A stretch of 63,678 nt of DNA, the filler included, from Deltaproteobacteria bacterium (GTDB lineage Bacteria; JACQOV01): the NCBI GenBank assembly GCA_016202395.1. It is 5 parts of 5 records of this genome, joined end to end, with 100 filler letters (N's around TTAATTAATTAA, not from the genome) between each part and the next. Parts side by side here need not be neighbours in the genome. Positions count along the whole stretch, not along the records: positions 39,044 to 48,775 come from JACQOV010000047.1; positions 48,876 to 63,678 come from JACQOV010000052.1; 3 more parts are not named here. One strand, given 5' to 3'. The translations under genes and the position numbers were made by a program. Positions 46,247 to 55,656 of the stretch are shown piece after piece (position 1 is the first letter of the stretch; each line of letters opens with the position of its first letter). The notes beneath the pieces were generated by a model. It had not been told where the DNA came from and did not search any database. It saw only the letters and a list, made by a program, of their open reading frames with translations.

Positions 46247-47265
46247 CAGCCATCCAATCTGCTCTTAAAAAATTGGTTGAGAGGCAGAATCTATCTCAAG
46301 GCGAGATGGAATCAGTTTTTGAGGAGATTCTCGGCGGGAAGGCGCCAGCCTCTCAAGTAGGGGCCCTCCTGGTAGCCCTTCGACTGAAGGGAGAGACTGT
46401 AGAGGAACTTGCAGGGGCCGCCTCCGTTCTCCGTGCGCAAGCCAAAAAGCCGAAGAGAGAATTCCCCGACGCGGTCGACACCTGTGGCACGGGAGGAGAT
46501 AATTCGCATACCGTGAATCTGTCCACCGCTGCCGCTCTGGTGGCGGCTGGAGCTCAAGTTCGAATAGCGAAGCATGGGAATCGCGCGGTTTCAAGCCGCT
46601 GCGGCAGCGCGGATCTTTTTCAATCTCTGGGTGTCAACATCGAAAGCTGTTTGCCAGAGGCCGCTGTGGAATCACTACAAGAGATCGGGATCAGCTTCTT
46701 TTTTGCCCCTTTTTGGCATCCTGCCATGAAAGCGGTGGCTCTTGTCCGCCAAGAACTTGGGGTGAGAACGATATTCAACCTCCTGGGGCCTCTATTGAAC
46801 CCTGTCCATGTTAAATTACAGGTTCTGGGGGTCTTTTCTCCTCAATGGTTGCAACCGATGGCGCAAACCCTTGATCGGCTCGGCGCTGAAAGAGCGATCG
46901 TCGTTCATGGAGAGGACGGCGTTGACGAGATCACATTGACCGGCCAGACGAAGGTTTTCGAACTGGCGCAGAGAAAAATTCACTCTTATGAGATTTCGCC
47001 CGAGCAGTTTGGATTGAAGCGCTGTGTTTCGAGCGATCTGAAAGGAGGAGACGCTCAGGAGAACGCCGAGAGAATCATAAACATTCTAAAAGGGGAAAAG
47101 GGCCCTTTAGCGGATGCCATTACTTTGAATGCCGCGGCTGCAATCCTCATTGGAGGAAAGGCCAAAGATTGGACAGAGGGGATTGAGCGGGCCCAAGATT
47201 CGATCCGCTCTGGATCGGCTCTAAAAAAATTGGAAGCGCTTCGAAAGAGATTTCCTGTGGTGTAA
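46243..47265 (+). CDS. trpD: Anthranilate phosphoribosyltransferase
   Basis: [27 protein letters not shown]. Confidence 0.96.
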   Translation: MTAIQSALKKLVERQNLSQGEMESVFEEILGGKAPASQVGALLVALRLKGETVEELAGAASVLRAQAKKPKREFPDAVDTCGTGGDNSHTVNLSTAAALVAAGAQVRIAKHGNRAVSSRCGSADLFQSLGVNIESCLPEAAVESLQEIGISFFFAPFWHPAMKAVALVRQELGVRTIFNLLGPLLNPVHVKLQVLGVFSPQWLQPMAQTLDRLGAERAIVVHGEDGVDEITLTGQTKVFELAQRKIHSYEISPEQFGLKRCVSSDLKGGDAQENAERIINILKGEKGPLADAITLNAAAAILIGGKAKDWTEGIERAQDSIRSGSALKKLEALRKRFPVV

Positions 47266-47268
47266 GAG

Positions 47269-48063
47269 ATGCAAATTTTACAAAAAATCGTCATGGCCAA
47301 AGAGGAGCAGATCGAGCAGAGTAAAAAGAAACTCTCGCTCGAAAAGCTCCGCTCGTCGGTGGAATCCTTGCCCCCCTGCCAAGATTGGAGAGAGGCCATC
47401 ACTCGGAAAGAGGTTCCCCTTCGTGTCATTGCAGAGATTAAAAGGGCCTCTCCTTCGCGGGGAGATATTGTGCGAGATGCGATCGCAGAGGAGATCGCTC
47501 AGGATTACGCACGGAATGGGGCCGTGGCCCTTTCCGTCTTAACGGACGCCCCATTTTTCCATGGCTCCCTTTTGGATCTGGTGGAGGTGAAGAGATCGGT
47601 TCAAATCCCGGTTCTCAGAAAGGATTTTATCTTAGATCCTTATCAGGTGTACGAATCGAGGATATTTAGAGCGGATGCCATTCTTTTGATCATGGCCATT
47701 TTGAAAGATGACCAGGCCAAAAAACTTTTAGACCTTTCCACATCGCTGGGGATGGCCACTTTAGTGGAGGTTCACTCCGAAGAAGAATTAGATCGAGCCG
47801 TTGGAGTCGGAGCAACGATTCTCGGAATCAACAATCGAGATCTCATGACCTTCACGATTAAGCTTGAGACGACGCTTCGACTTCTTCCTAAAATTCCGAA
47901 GGGGAGAGTTGTTGTCAGCGAGAGTGGGTTTTATACTCGCGAAGAGCTCTTGGAGTTTCAAAAGATGGGGGTAGATGCCTTCTTAGTTGGAGAGGCGTTG
48001 ATGGCGTCTGGGAATCCCGGCAAGAAACTGGCCGAGCTTTTGGAGAGAGAGTATGTGGGTTAA
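47269..48063 (+). CDS. trpC: Indole-3-glycerol phosphate synthase
   Basis: IAEIKRASPS, LRKDF, GINNRDL, SESG. Confidence 0.96.
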   Translation: MQILQKIVMAKEEQIEQSKKKLSLEKLRSSVESLPPCQDWREAITRKEVPLRVIAEIKRASPSRGDIVRDAIAEEIAQDYARNGAVALSVLTDAPFFHGSLLDLVEVKRSVQIPVLRKDFILDPYQVYESRIFRADAILLIMAILKDDQAKKLLDLSTSLGMATLVEVHSEEELDRAVGVGATILGINNRDLMTFTIKLETTLRLLPKIPKGRVVVSESGFYTREELLEFQKMGVDAFLVGEALMASGNPGKKLAELLEREYVG

Positions 48064-48658
48064 GATTTGTGGAATCACTTCCCTTGAAGATGCAGAGATG
48101 GCCGTTGAAGCGGGTGTGGATGCTCTTGGCTTAAATTTCTTTGCGAGAAGCCCTCGATCGGTGAGTGTCGAGCAAGCCAAAGCAATTATTCGCGCGATCT
48201 CTGAGCCAGTGGAGTGGGTGGGAATCTTTGTAAATGAATCGCCTGTGAGGATCCAGGAGTTGGCAAAAGAGCTTCCTCTGGACTGGGTTCAACTCCATGG
48301 AGATGAAGATCGCCTCCTTTTGGAACAACTTCGAGGAGTTCAGCGAATCAAGGCGATTCGAGTCCAAACACAGAACGATCTCGAGCAAATTCGAGCCATT
48401 CCGGCGGAAGCCTATCTTCTGGAGAGTCTCTCCTCAAAGTATGGAGGGACTGGAAAAGAATGGAATTGGGAATGGGGGATGAAATGGACTCCAAATTATC
48501 GTATCATTCTTTCGGGGGGGCTCAAGCCTGAGAATGTTGGGGAGGTCATCCAAAAGGTTCGACCCTATGGAGTGGACGTGTGTAGCGGGGTCGAAGCGTC
48601 TCCCGGAAAAAAGGATCGAGAAAAGGTTTTCCGATTTGTAAAGGAAGGGCACCTCTAA
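48053..48658 (+). CDS. trpF: Phosphoribosylanthranilate isomerase
   Basis: VKICGIT, QLHGDE, GGTG, DVCSGVE; last codons and stop lie in the B3 terminus. Confidence 0.95.
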   Translation: MWVKICGITSLEDAEMAVEAGVDALGLNFFARSPRSVSVEQAKAIIRAISEPVEWVGIFVNESPVRIQELAKELPLDWVQLHGDEDRLLLEQLRGVQRIKAIRVQTQNDLEQIRAIPAEAYLLESLSSKYGGTGKEWNWEWGMKWTPNYRIILSGGLKPENVGEVIQKVRPYGVDVCSGVEASPGKKDREKVFRFVKEGHL

Positions 48659-48775
48659 AAACTATGTTCGTGACGAAAAATCATGATCTGAGCCGAGACA
48701 AGGAGGATGAGCAAAAAGCCCGGAAACGTACCTGGAAGGTACGTTGAGGACTTTTTGTGAAATCCGACGCAGTCG
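48646..48775 (+). repeat. Family B copy B3 (left part, cut by contig end)
   Basis: Starts AGGGCACCTCTAAAAACTAT. Confidence 0.9.
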
Positions 48776-48875
48776 NNNNNNNNNNNNNNNNNNNNNNNNN
48801 NNNNNNNNNNNNNNNNNNNTTAATTAATTAANNNNNNNNNNNNNNNNNNNNNNNNNNNNNNNNNNNNNNNNNNNN
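48776..48875. other. Artificial contig spacer
   Basis: N/TTAATTAATTAA/N. Confidence 0.98.
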
Positions 48876-49004
48876 GATTCTCCTAGGATGAAATCGGGGG
48901 ACGTAGCTGCTTTGCGAAGCCTATCCCGCCTTAGCGGGACCCCGCCGAAGGCGGTGGCAGTGGCTAGGCGAGAAATGCTAGCGAGTTCAGAGACCTACCT
49001 CCCT
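48876..49004 (+). repeat. Family D copy D3 (partial) with two nested mini-hairpins
   Basis: Shares core and terminus with D2; insert TCCCGC-CTTA-GCGGGA and CCGCC-GAA-GGCGG. Confidence 0.82.
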
Positions 49005-51389
49005 CAGATAGGAGACCCGTTCGAGTTGGCCTTGGGAGACTTGAAACGTAATGGCGCCATCGAGATCGGTGCGAAGGACTTGAGATCCGACGCGAAGATA
49101 CCGCTCAACAACCTCGAAACTCGGGAATTGGAAACGGTTGAGGAGGCCAACGGAAAAGATGGCGAAACGGGGTTGTACGGCCGCAACAAACGCGAGAGAG
49201 CTGGAGGAGCGGCTGCCATGATGGGGAACCTTGAGAACCGTGCTAGCCATAGCCTCTCTGTGTTCGAGTAAAATTTTTTCACCAGAATCCTCAATGTCCC
49301 CCGTAAATAAAAAGCTATAATCCTCTGCCTTGAATCGGAAGACCAAAGAGCAATCGTTGTCCGTCGGGAGCGAGGAAAGATCTAGCGGTGGATGCAACAC
49401 CTGCACTGTCATGCCACCCGATGTTTGAGAAAGTCCACGAGATAGAACTCGGATCCCAATTCCACGAGCGTGCGCCTCCTCAAGAAAAGCCTCAGCAAAA
49501 GGGCTGGAAGGGGGACAAGGAGGGATCCAAAGTTCCTTCACCGGAAAATTCTCAAGGATAAAGGGGAGTCCTCCAATATGATCGATATCCCAGTGAGTGG
49601 CAACAACGGTGGTCAGGTGAGCCCAAGGGTGCGACCAAAGGAACGGGGCCACAACGTGCTTGCCGGTATCATAGCCAAGCGGAACTTTCGTTCCCCCATC
49701 CACCAGGATCCCCTCCCCCTCGGAGGTTGCAATGAAGCTAGAGTCCCCTTGGCCTACGTTGAGAAAAGTAATCTCCCACTGCGGCTCTTTAAAAAATAGA
49801 CGGATCTCTCGATGCCAACCCCACCAGAGCCCACTGACTAGAAAAGAGGCGATCCCCAATCCACAGAAAACTCGGCGTCGACTCATAAAAAGAAAGGCCC
49901 CCAAACCGGCGTACCAAAAGAAGAGAGACAAGGTTGGAAGAGAGGGCCCCCAAGCGATCCCGCCTGGGATCCTGCTCCACTTTTCGATCAACACCTGAGC
50001 GCAACTGAGTGAAAACCCGGCGATGTGCCAGAAGAAATCCCCCAAGGGGCTCCAAAAAAAATGCGCGATCATCCCGAACAATCCAAAAGGGAGAACCAGA
50101 AAGCCTATCCATGGAACAAAAATAAGATTGGCCAAAAAAGACCACGGAGACCAGAGATGAAAGACATACACCGTGAGAGGGGTCATGGTTAGAAAAACGA
50201 TGATGCTGATGCAAATCATCTGAGCCATGGCGCGCAGTATCCCTTTCTGGAAAATGGAAAATCGTTCTATAAAGGAGAAAAAGATCGGCTGAAAGAGAAG
50301 AATGGAGCCGATAGCGCCAAAAGAAAGTTGGAAAGAGAGATCGAAAAGGCTATAAGGATCGATGAGAAGGATCCCAAAGGCCGCAGCCCAAAAGCAACTC
50401 CAGAGGTCGCTCTGACGCCCGATCCACCAAGCCCCCGCGTAAACCACGAGCATGATAAAGGTCCTCACCGCTGGGACCGGCATCCCCGACAAGAGCAGAT
50501 AACCCAGAGAAGGAAGGAGCGCCAAAGCCCACACCCATTTCCGAATATCGTAGGCCTCGAGAATCCAGGTGGATCTTCTGAACAACCACCCCAACCCGGA
50601 GGCAAAGAGAAGGGCGACAAACCCAAAGTGGACTCCAGAGATGGACAAAAGATGGGCAATTCCCAACCCCGACCATTGGTCTCGAATCTCTTGAGAAACA
50701 GGGGCCACAGCGCCTAAGAGAAGAAGTTGCAAAATCTCGGCCTCGGGGCTTGGGATTTTGGAGGCGATCGCTGTGGCAATCCGAACTCGTAGTTGATAGA
50801 GGGATCGCCTCCAAGAAGGCTCCATCGGATACCAACGGACGATCCCCTCCGGAGATCGAACCGTCCCTCTCTGAAAGATCCCCTGATGGAGCCACCGCTC
50901 CGCAGTCTTCCTTTCTCTGGGATTCCCTCGAGGGCGAATCGGAGAAAATTTGGCTTGAAATCGGATCGACTCTCCGGAATAGAGCCACGGAGAGGGATCG
51001 GGAACAAACAAAAGGACCTTTCCACGAGCCGGAAGCCAATCCCCTTCCAGATTTTCAAAGGCCTCCAGTTTAAGAACCATCCGAGCCCCTGATTCTTGAA
51101 CCACAGGCTCTTCATCGATCTCGCCCTCCACTCGAATCCACTCCCCTTCGGGAAGAGAGGTGGGCTCCTCAATGAGGGGGAGGGTTGCATTCCACCACCC
51201 CAAGAAAGAAAAGGCTAGAAATAGGGGGACACGATAGCTATTTTTCAAAAATAGGTATCGTGTCCCCAGAAAAAGGGGGAGGAAAAGAATCAACCCCAAG
51301 GGGGCTAAAAAACTCCCTTCCAAGCGCCCTGCACCGAAAAAGATCCCTAAAGCGAAACCAAGGGTTGGTATGGCGAGAGGACGTCCCAT
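48987..51389 (-). CDS. comEC: DNA uptake protein ComEC/Rec2
   Basis: GIAHLLSISGVH, SFQLSF, NVGQGD, THWDIDHIGG, KVPHHGS, RTDLDGAI. Confidence 0.95.
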   Translation of the reverse strand: MGRPLAIPTLGFALGIFFGAGRLEGSFLAPLGLILFLPLFLGTRYLFLKNSYRVPLFLAFSFLGWWNATLPLIEEPTSLPEGEWIRVEGEIDEEPVVQESGARMVLKLEAFENLEGDWLPARGKVLLFVPDPSPWLYSGESIRFQAKFSPIRPRGNPRERKTAERWLHQGIFQRGTVRSPEGIVRWYPMEPSWRRSLYQLRVRIATAIASKIPSPEAEILQLLLLGAVAPVSQEIRDQWSGLGIAHLLSISGVHFGFVALLFASGLGWLFRRSTWILEAYDIRKWVWALALLPSLGYLLLSGMPVPAVRTFIMLVVYAGAWWIGRQSDLWSCFWAAAFGILLIDPYSLFDLSFQLSFGAIGSILLFQPIFFSFIERFSIFQKGILRAMAQMICISIIVFLTMTPLTVYVFHLWSPWSFLANLIFVPWIGFLVLPFGLFGMIAHFFWSPLGDFFWHIAGFSLSCAQVLIEKWSRIPGGIAWGPSLPTLSLFFWYAGLGAFLFMSRRRVFCGLGIASFLVSGLWWGWHREIRLFFKEPQWEITFLNVGQGDSSFIATSEGEGILVDGGTKVPLGYDTGKHVVAPFLWSHPWAHLTTVVATHWDIDHIGGLPFILENFPVKELWIPPCPPSSPFAEAFLEEAHARGIGIRVLSRGLSQTSGGMTVQVLHPPLDLSSLPTDNDCSLVFRFKAEDYSFLFTGDIEDSGEKILLEHREAMASTVLKVPHHGSRSSSSLAFVAAVQPRFAIFSVGLLNRFQFPSFEVVERYLRVGSQVLRTDLDGAITFQVSQGQLERVSYLREVGL

Positions 51390-51464
51390 ATAAGTACTAT
51401 CGATCCCAACCCCTCATTTGTTGCTTAGAACTCCAGTCTTAATCTACCACTCCGTTGAAACAGG

Positions 51465-51493
51465 TTGACAGAGTTTTAGAAGCGCAATACTTT
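51465..51493 (+). promoter_or_regulatory. Sigma70-type promoter
   Basis: TTGACA-17 nt-TACTTT. Confidence 0.5.
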
Positions 51494-51509
51494 ATTCCCT
51501 CTTCTTATT

Positions 51510-53027
51510 ATGAAGAAGAGGATAAAAACAGAGATTCTAGTCCTCCTCTTTGCGGCAGCTTGCGGAACAACAGGCACCAGCGAAGATCAAAAGATCCAGC
51601 AGATCTCGGGAACCTCTCCGTTCGTCCGTTTTCAAGGGGACCAGAGCGGGATTTCGGTGGTCTTTGGGGCTATCCTATTTCAAGGGGATATCACCAACAT
51701 CCCGTCGAATCCGACAGTCTTAAAAGACGCCTCGGATCCAGACTCCAATCAACGATATAAAATGTGGTACAATAGCAACTCGTTTTCTGACGTGTTGAAC
51801 CAGATCTCTTCTGTCCTTTCGGGAACCTCCTCCGATCTCACCGTTATTACCTCGAGAATAGGCTACGCCACCTCACCCATCCCTCAAGGGGCTTTCAACG
51901 CAGATGGAATCTACGTAGGTTGGACAGATCAGGGACCCGTTTTGACCAACGCTGACATCCCCGGATTCTCGGACGCCGGAGATGGGATCTCCGACCCGAT
52001 GGTCGTTCAGCTTCCCGATGGATTTTGGATGTTCTTCACCGGAACCAACGACGGAACTTCCGCAATCTACCAAGCTTTCTCAACCGATGGAGCTTCCTGG
52101 ACGCTTCTGGATGGCGACACCCACTCTGTGGCCACCCTAGATCCGATTCTATCTCCTGGCTCTCAAGGTTCTTGGGATGGAGGATCGGTTTCTGCCCCCA
52201 GTTGTATGATCGATGGTTCTATCTTACGATGTTGGTATGCCGGTCATGATGGAAACTCCGATAACGAGGACCCCTTTTATGGAATTGGATACGCAGAATG
52301 TGCCCTAGAAAGCGGTGTGGGCATCACCGATCAACCCTGCGCGCAATCGAGCCCATGGGTGAAGCTCTCCCCCTCGGCAAGCGATGCTCAATTCTCCAGT
52401 TCCAATCCCCTCTTCGCTTCGAGCCGTCCTATCTTAGCGGAAGGCCCTACTGGGACATTCGATAGTGCTTATATTGGAGATCCCACAGTCCTTCTCGATG
52501 CAACTGCCGCTGGCGATCGTGTTTTTAAGCTGTGGTATGTCGGGGGAAGTGAACCTTTGATCCCTTTTGCCCCTTCAACACTCAATGAATTCCTCGCTCT
52601 TCAAGAAAACATTGCCAGCACCAATTTGGGCATTGGGGTCGCCTCCACTTTTGAGGCCACGGGTAAAAGCCAGTGGGAACGATTCGAGTTCAGCCCTGTA
52701 GCCACAGAACTTTCTCTCCCCGTGAGTGTAGGAGATATCCTCTGCGAAACCTTCGATTTAGAAACCTTGATTGAAGGAGCCATCGACACCTCTATTGAAA
52801 TCATCGATCAGATTCTGCAAACTGTTGTGGAGAACCTCGCTTTCGATTTCTTCGATCTCTGCGAAATGACTACGCTAGAAGAGGCTCTAAACCAAGACGA
52901 ACGAGGCCCCTCCATCTTTAAAGAGGGGGATCAATACTATCTTTACCTCTCTACAGAATTCTCACTGTTGAGTAAATTTAACTTCCCTTTGGGGGCCCAA
53001 CTCGCCGCAAATCCCCCTATTCGCTAA
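51510..53027 (+). CDS. Lipoprotein with glycoside-hydrolase-like beta-propeller repeats
   Basis: Lipobox AAAC; recurring MWY/WY.G, IGYA and WD...V..P blade motifs. Confidence 0.65.
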   Translation: MKKRIKTEILVLLFAAACGTTGTSEDQKIQQISGTSPFVRFQGDQSGISVVFGAILFQGDITNIPSNPTVLKDASDPDSNQRYKMWYNSNSFSDVLNQISSVLSGTSSDLTVITSRIGYATSPIPQGAFNADGIYVGWTDQGPVLTNADIPGFSDAGDGISDPMVVQLPDGFWMFFTGTNDGTSAIYQAFSTDGASWTLLDGDTHSVATLDPILSPGSQGSWDGGSVSAPSCMIDGSILRCWYAGHDGNSDNEDPFYGIGYAECALESGVGITDQPCAQSSPWVKLSPSASDAQFSSSNPLFASSRPILAEGPTGTFDSAYIGDPTVLLDATAAGDRVFKLWYVGGSEPLIPFAPSTLNEFLALQENIASTNLGIGVASTFEATGKSQWERFEFSPVATELSLPVSVGDILCETFDLETLIEGAIDTSIEIIDQILQTVVENLAFDFFDLCEMTTLEEALNQDERGPSIFKEGDQYYLYLSTEFSLLSKFNFPLGAQLAANPPIR

Positions 53028-53169
53028 AGGGAACCTACAATCTGTTAAATTTATTTAACATAAATTTAACACATTTTATTAACATAACTATATAATTATA
53101 ATAACCTTTTGATCTATTTCCTAATTTTTGCCACGCGGTGTTTAAAAACATACTCAACTGTAAAAAATA

Positions 53170-53198
53170 TTGACACTCCCGCTTCTTTTCGTTATAGT
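53170..53198 (+). promoter_or_regulatory. Sigma70-type promoter downstream of an AT-rich region
   Basis: TTGACA-17 nt-TATAGT; RBS AAGGAGG at 53218. Confidence 0.7.
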
Positions 53199-53230
53199 CA
53201 CCTTTCAAATAACAAATAAGGAGGACCCTC

Positions 53231-54706
53231 ATGGCTATGACACCCACACAGGCAGTGGAAGAAAACCTCGAGAGCTCTGAAGAGGAAGGCTCTCCGGTCT
53301 TGGTGGGAAATCAAAAAGAGGAGATGCGCATCCTTCTTATTGAAGATGAAGAGCTCCTTTTAAACACTTACCAAGAATGGCTGGAACCCGAAGGGTACAA
53401 AATCTACACCGCTCAAAATGGAGTGGAGGGGATTAAGAAAGCCAAAATGATCCAACCCAATCTTGTCCTCTTGGATCTGCGACTTCCCCCGAGCAAAACC
53501 ACTCAAGAGGGGCTCACCACTCTCGGAAAAGTCCGCGAGGTCAATCCCAACTGCAAAGTCATTATTATGACCGCCGATGAAACTCAAAGCACCGCTATCT
53601 CTGCCATCCGGCAAGGAGCCGATGACTATCTGATTAAACCGGTGGATCCCGAGGTTCTAAGGATTGTCGTCGAAAGAACTCTGGAACGCCTTTCTCTCGA
53701 AAGTAGGATCCAGCGTCTCAAACATGAACTGGAAGACCGATACAGCTTCTACAATATCATTGGAAAGTCGCAACAGATGTTAGAGATTTTCAAACAAGTG
53801 GAACGATGCGCCAACACCTCCGCCAACATCCTGTTGCGGGGGGAGAGCGGAACCGGAAAAGAGTTGGTGGCTCGAGCCATCCATCAACTCAGTGAACGGC
53901 GCGAAAAGAAGTTCGTGGCGGTCAACTGCGCCGCTCTGGCCGAAGGGATTAAAGAAAGCGAACTGTTTGGTCATGAGAAAGGAGCCTTCACCGACGCGAA
54001 GTCTCGAAGAATTGGTTACTTTGAAATGGCGGATGGAGGGACCCTTTTCCTGGATGAAATCGGCGATATTCCTATTAGCACTCAGGTCAAGCTCCTTCGG
54101 GTGATTCAAGAGCAAGAATTCCAACGCGTGGGAGGATCCGAAACCATTAAAGTGAATGCCCGGGTCATCTCAGCGACAAACCGAGATCTGGAAAAATTAA
54201 TTGATAAAGAGCAATTTCGAGAAGACCTTTACTATCGCTTGAACGGCTTTTCAGTCACCCTTCCTCCTCTACGAATTCGCCGCGAGGATATTCCGTTGTT
54301 AGGTGACTATTTCCTGGAAATCTACTCCCAGAAAGAGAATAAACCGATCGCAGGTTTTAGCGATGAAGCGATGGAACTGATGGTGAATTACTCCTGGCCT
54401 GGCAACGTTCGCGAGCTTGAAAACGAGATTCACCGACTCGTTCTCCAAGCGGATCGAGGGGCTGTGATCGGATCTCAACTTCTTCCCGATCGAATCAAGG
54501 TGATCGAAAACATCATCAAAATGGCAGGCATCCAAAAGGCAACGCTCAAGGAGACAATGCGACGTGTGGAGCAGTGGCTCATCACCGAATGCCTTAAAAA
54601 GAACCGTGCCAACCGCACCGCTACCGCCAAGGAGCTCGGAATCTCGCGTGAGGGATTGCATATGAAGATCTCGAAGTTGGGAATCCGCTCCGAGCACGGC
54701 ATCTAG
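53231..54706 (+). CDS. Sigma54-dependent response regulator (NtrC family)
   Basis: Receiver LLDLRLPP, GESGTGKE, ESELFGHEKGAFTDA, FLDEIG, WPGNVREL, C-terminal HTH. Confidence 0.93.
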   Translation: MAMTPTQAVEENLESSEEEGSPVLVGNQKEEMRILLIEDEELLLNTYQEWLEPEGYKIYTAQNGVEGIKKAKMIQPNLVLLDLRLPPSKTTQEGLTTLGKVREVNPNCKVIIMTADETQSTAISAIRQGADDYLIKPVDPEVLRIVVERTLERLSLESRIQRLKHELEDRYSFYNIIGKSQQMLEIFKQVERCANTSANILLRGESGTGKELVARAIHQLSERREKKFVAVNCAALAEGIKESELFGHEKGAFTDAKSRRIGYFEMADGGTLFLDEIGDIPISTQVKLLRVIQEQEFQRVGGSETIKVNARVISATNRDLEKLIDKEQFREDLYYRLNGFSVTLPPLRIRREDIPLLGDYFLEIYSQKENKPIAGFSDEAMELMVNYSWPGNVRELENEIHRLVLQADRGAVIGSQLLPDRIKVIENIIKMAGIQKATLKETMRRVEQWLITECLKKNRANRTATAKELGISREGLHMKISKLGIRSEHGI

Positions 54707-54710
54707 AGTA

Positions 54711-54739
54711 TTGACATCTAGCACGATGGGCGTTAGAAT
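54711..54739 (+). promoter_or_regulatory. Sigma70-type promoter of rpoH
   Basis: TTGACA-17 nt-TAGAAT. Confidence 0.8.
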
Positions 54740-54740
54740 T

Positions 54741-54767
54741 TTAGCACTCGGATAGATAGAGTGCTAA
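54741..54767 (+). promoter_or_regulatory. CIRCE element (HrcA operator)
   Basis: Exact TTAGCACTC-N9-GAGTGCTAA. Confidence 0.96.
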
Positions 54768-54789
54768 ATAGGAGGATCGACTAAAAGAT

Positions 54790-55656
54790 ATGAATTTCCA
54801 AGGGGTTGCAACAACATATCAGCTCTACCTTGCGGAGGTCGAGCACTTCCCTCTCTTAGCCCCGAAAGAGGAATTGGATCTTGCTCTCCAGTGGCGCACG
54901 CACCACAACATCGAGGCCGCTCGGCGACTGGTGACCTCCAACCTCCGATTTGTTGTGAAGGTCGCTCTAGAATACAAACGTTACGGAGCCCCGATCATGG
55001 ACCTGATCCAAGAGGGGAACATCGGCCTGATGAAAGCGGTAAAAAAGTTCGATCCTCACAAAGGATATCGGCTCATCTCTTACGCCGTCTGGTGGATTCG
55101 AGCTCAGATTCAAAGCTTCATCCTAAAGACATGGAGCCTCGTAAAACTTGGCACTACACAGGCTCAAAGGAAGCTCTTTGCTCATCGTCGCGAACTCGCA
55201 ACCTTGGGAAGCCCCACGGAAAGTCCGGCGCAAAAGACGGTAGAATCTTTGGCGAAGGAGCTGAACGTAAAAAATGAAGAGGTTTTGGAGATGGAGCTCC
55301 GCTTGAGCGCTCGCGACTTTTCACTGGACTCTCAGATTGACGGCGATTCTCAAACAACGACCTACGTGGAACAGTTGGCAGATGAAAGCGCGGATCCAGA
55401 AATAAGTCTAGTCCAAGTGGATGAGCAAAAACAGATCCATGCCTCCATCCGTCAAGCGATGAATGTCCTCACACCTAAAGAAACCCAGATCATTGAGAAG
55501 AGACTTTTAACAGAGCCTCCGCGCACGCTCCAAGAGATCGGAGATGAATTGAAAATCACGCGTGAACGGGTTCGTCAAATTGAAGAACAAGCGCTTAAAA
55601 AACTTCGAACCTCGCCGTCGCTCTCTAAAGAACTTCTTCCAGCAACTCTTGGATGA
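54790..55656 (+). CDS. rpoH: RNA polymerase sigma-32 factor
   Basis: SNLRFVVKVA, DLIQEGNIGLMKAV, SYAVWWIRA, RpoH-box-like TQAQRKLF, TRERVRQIE. Confidence 0.92.
   Translation: MNFQGVATTYQLYLAEVEHFPLLAPKEELDLALQWRTHHNIEAARRLVTSNLRFVVKVALEYKRYGAPIMDLIQEGNIGLMKAVKKFDPHKGYRLISYAVWWIRAQIQSFILKTWSLVKLGTTQAQRKLFAHRRELATLGSPTESPAQKTVESLAKELNVKNEEVLEMELRLSARDFSLDSQIDGDSQTTTYVEQLADESADPEISLVQVDEQKQIHASIRQAMNVLTPKETQIIEKRLLTEPPRTLQEIGDELKITRERVRQIEEQALKKLRTSPSLSKELLPATLG

Noticed and set aside
48658-48775. Absence of trpB/trpA
   Set aside because: The contig ends right after trpF, so absence cannot be judged.
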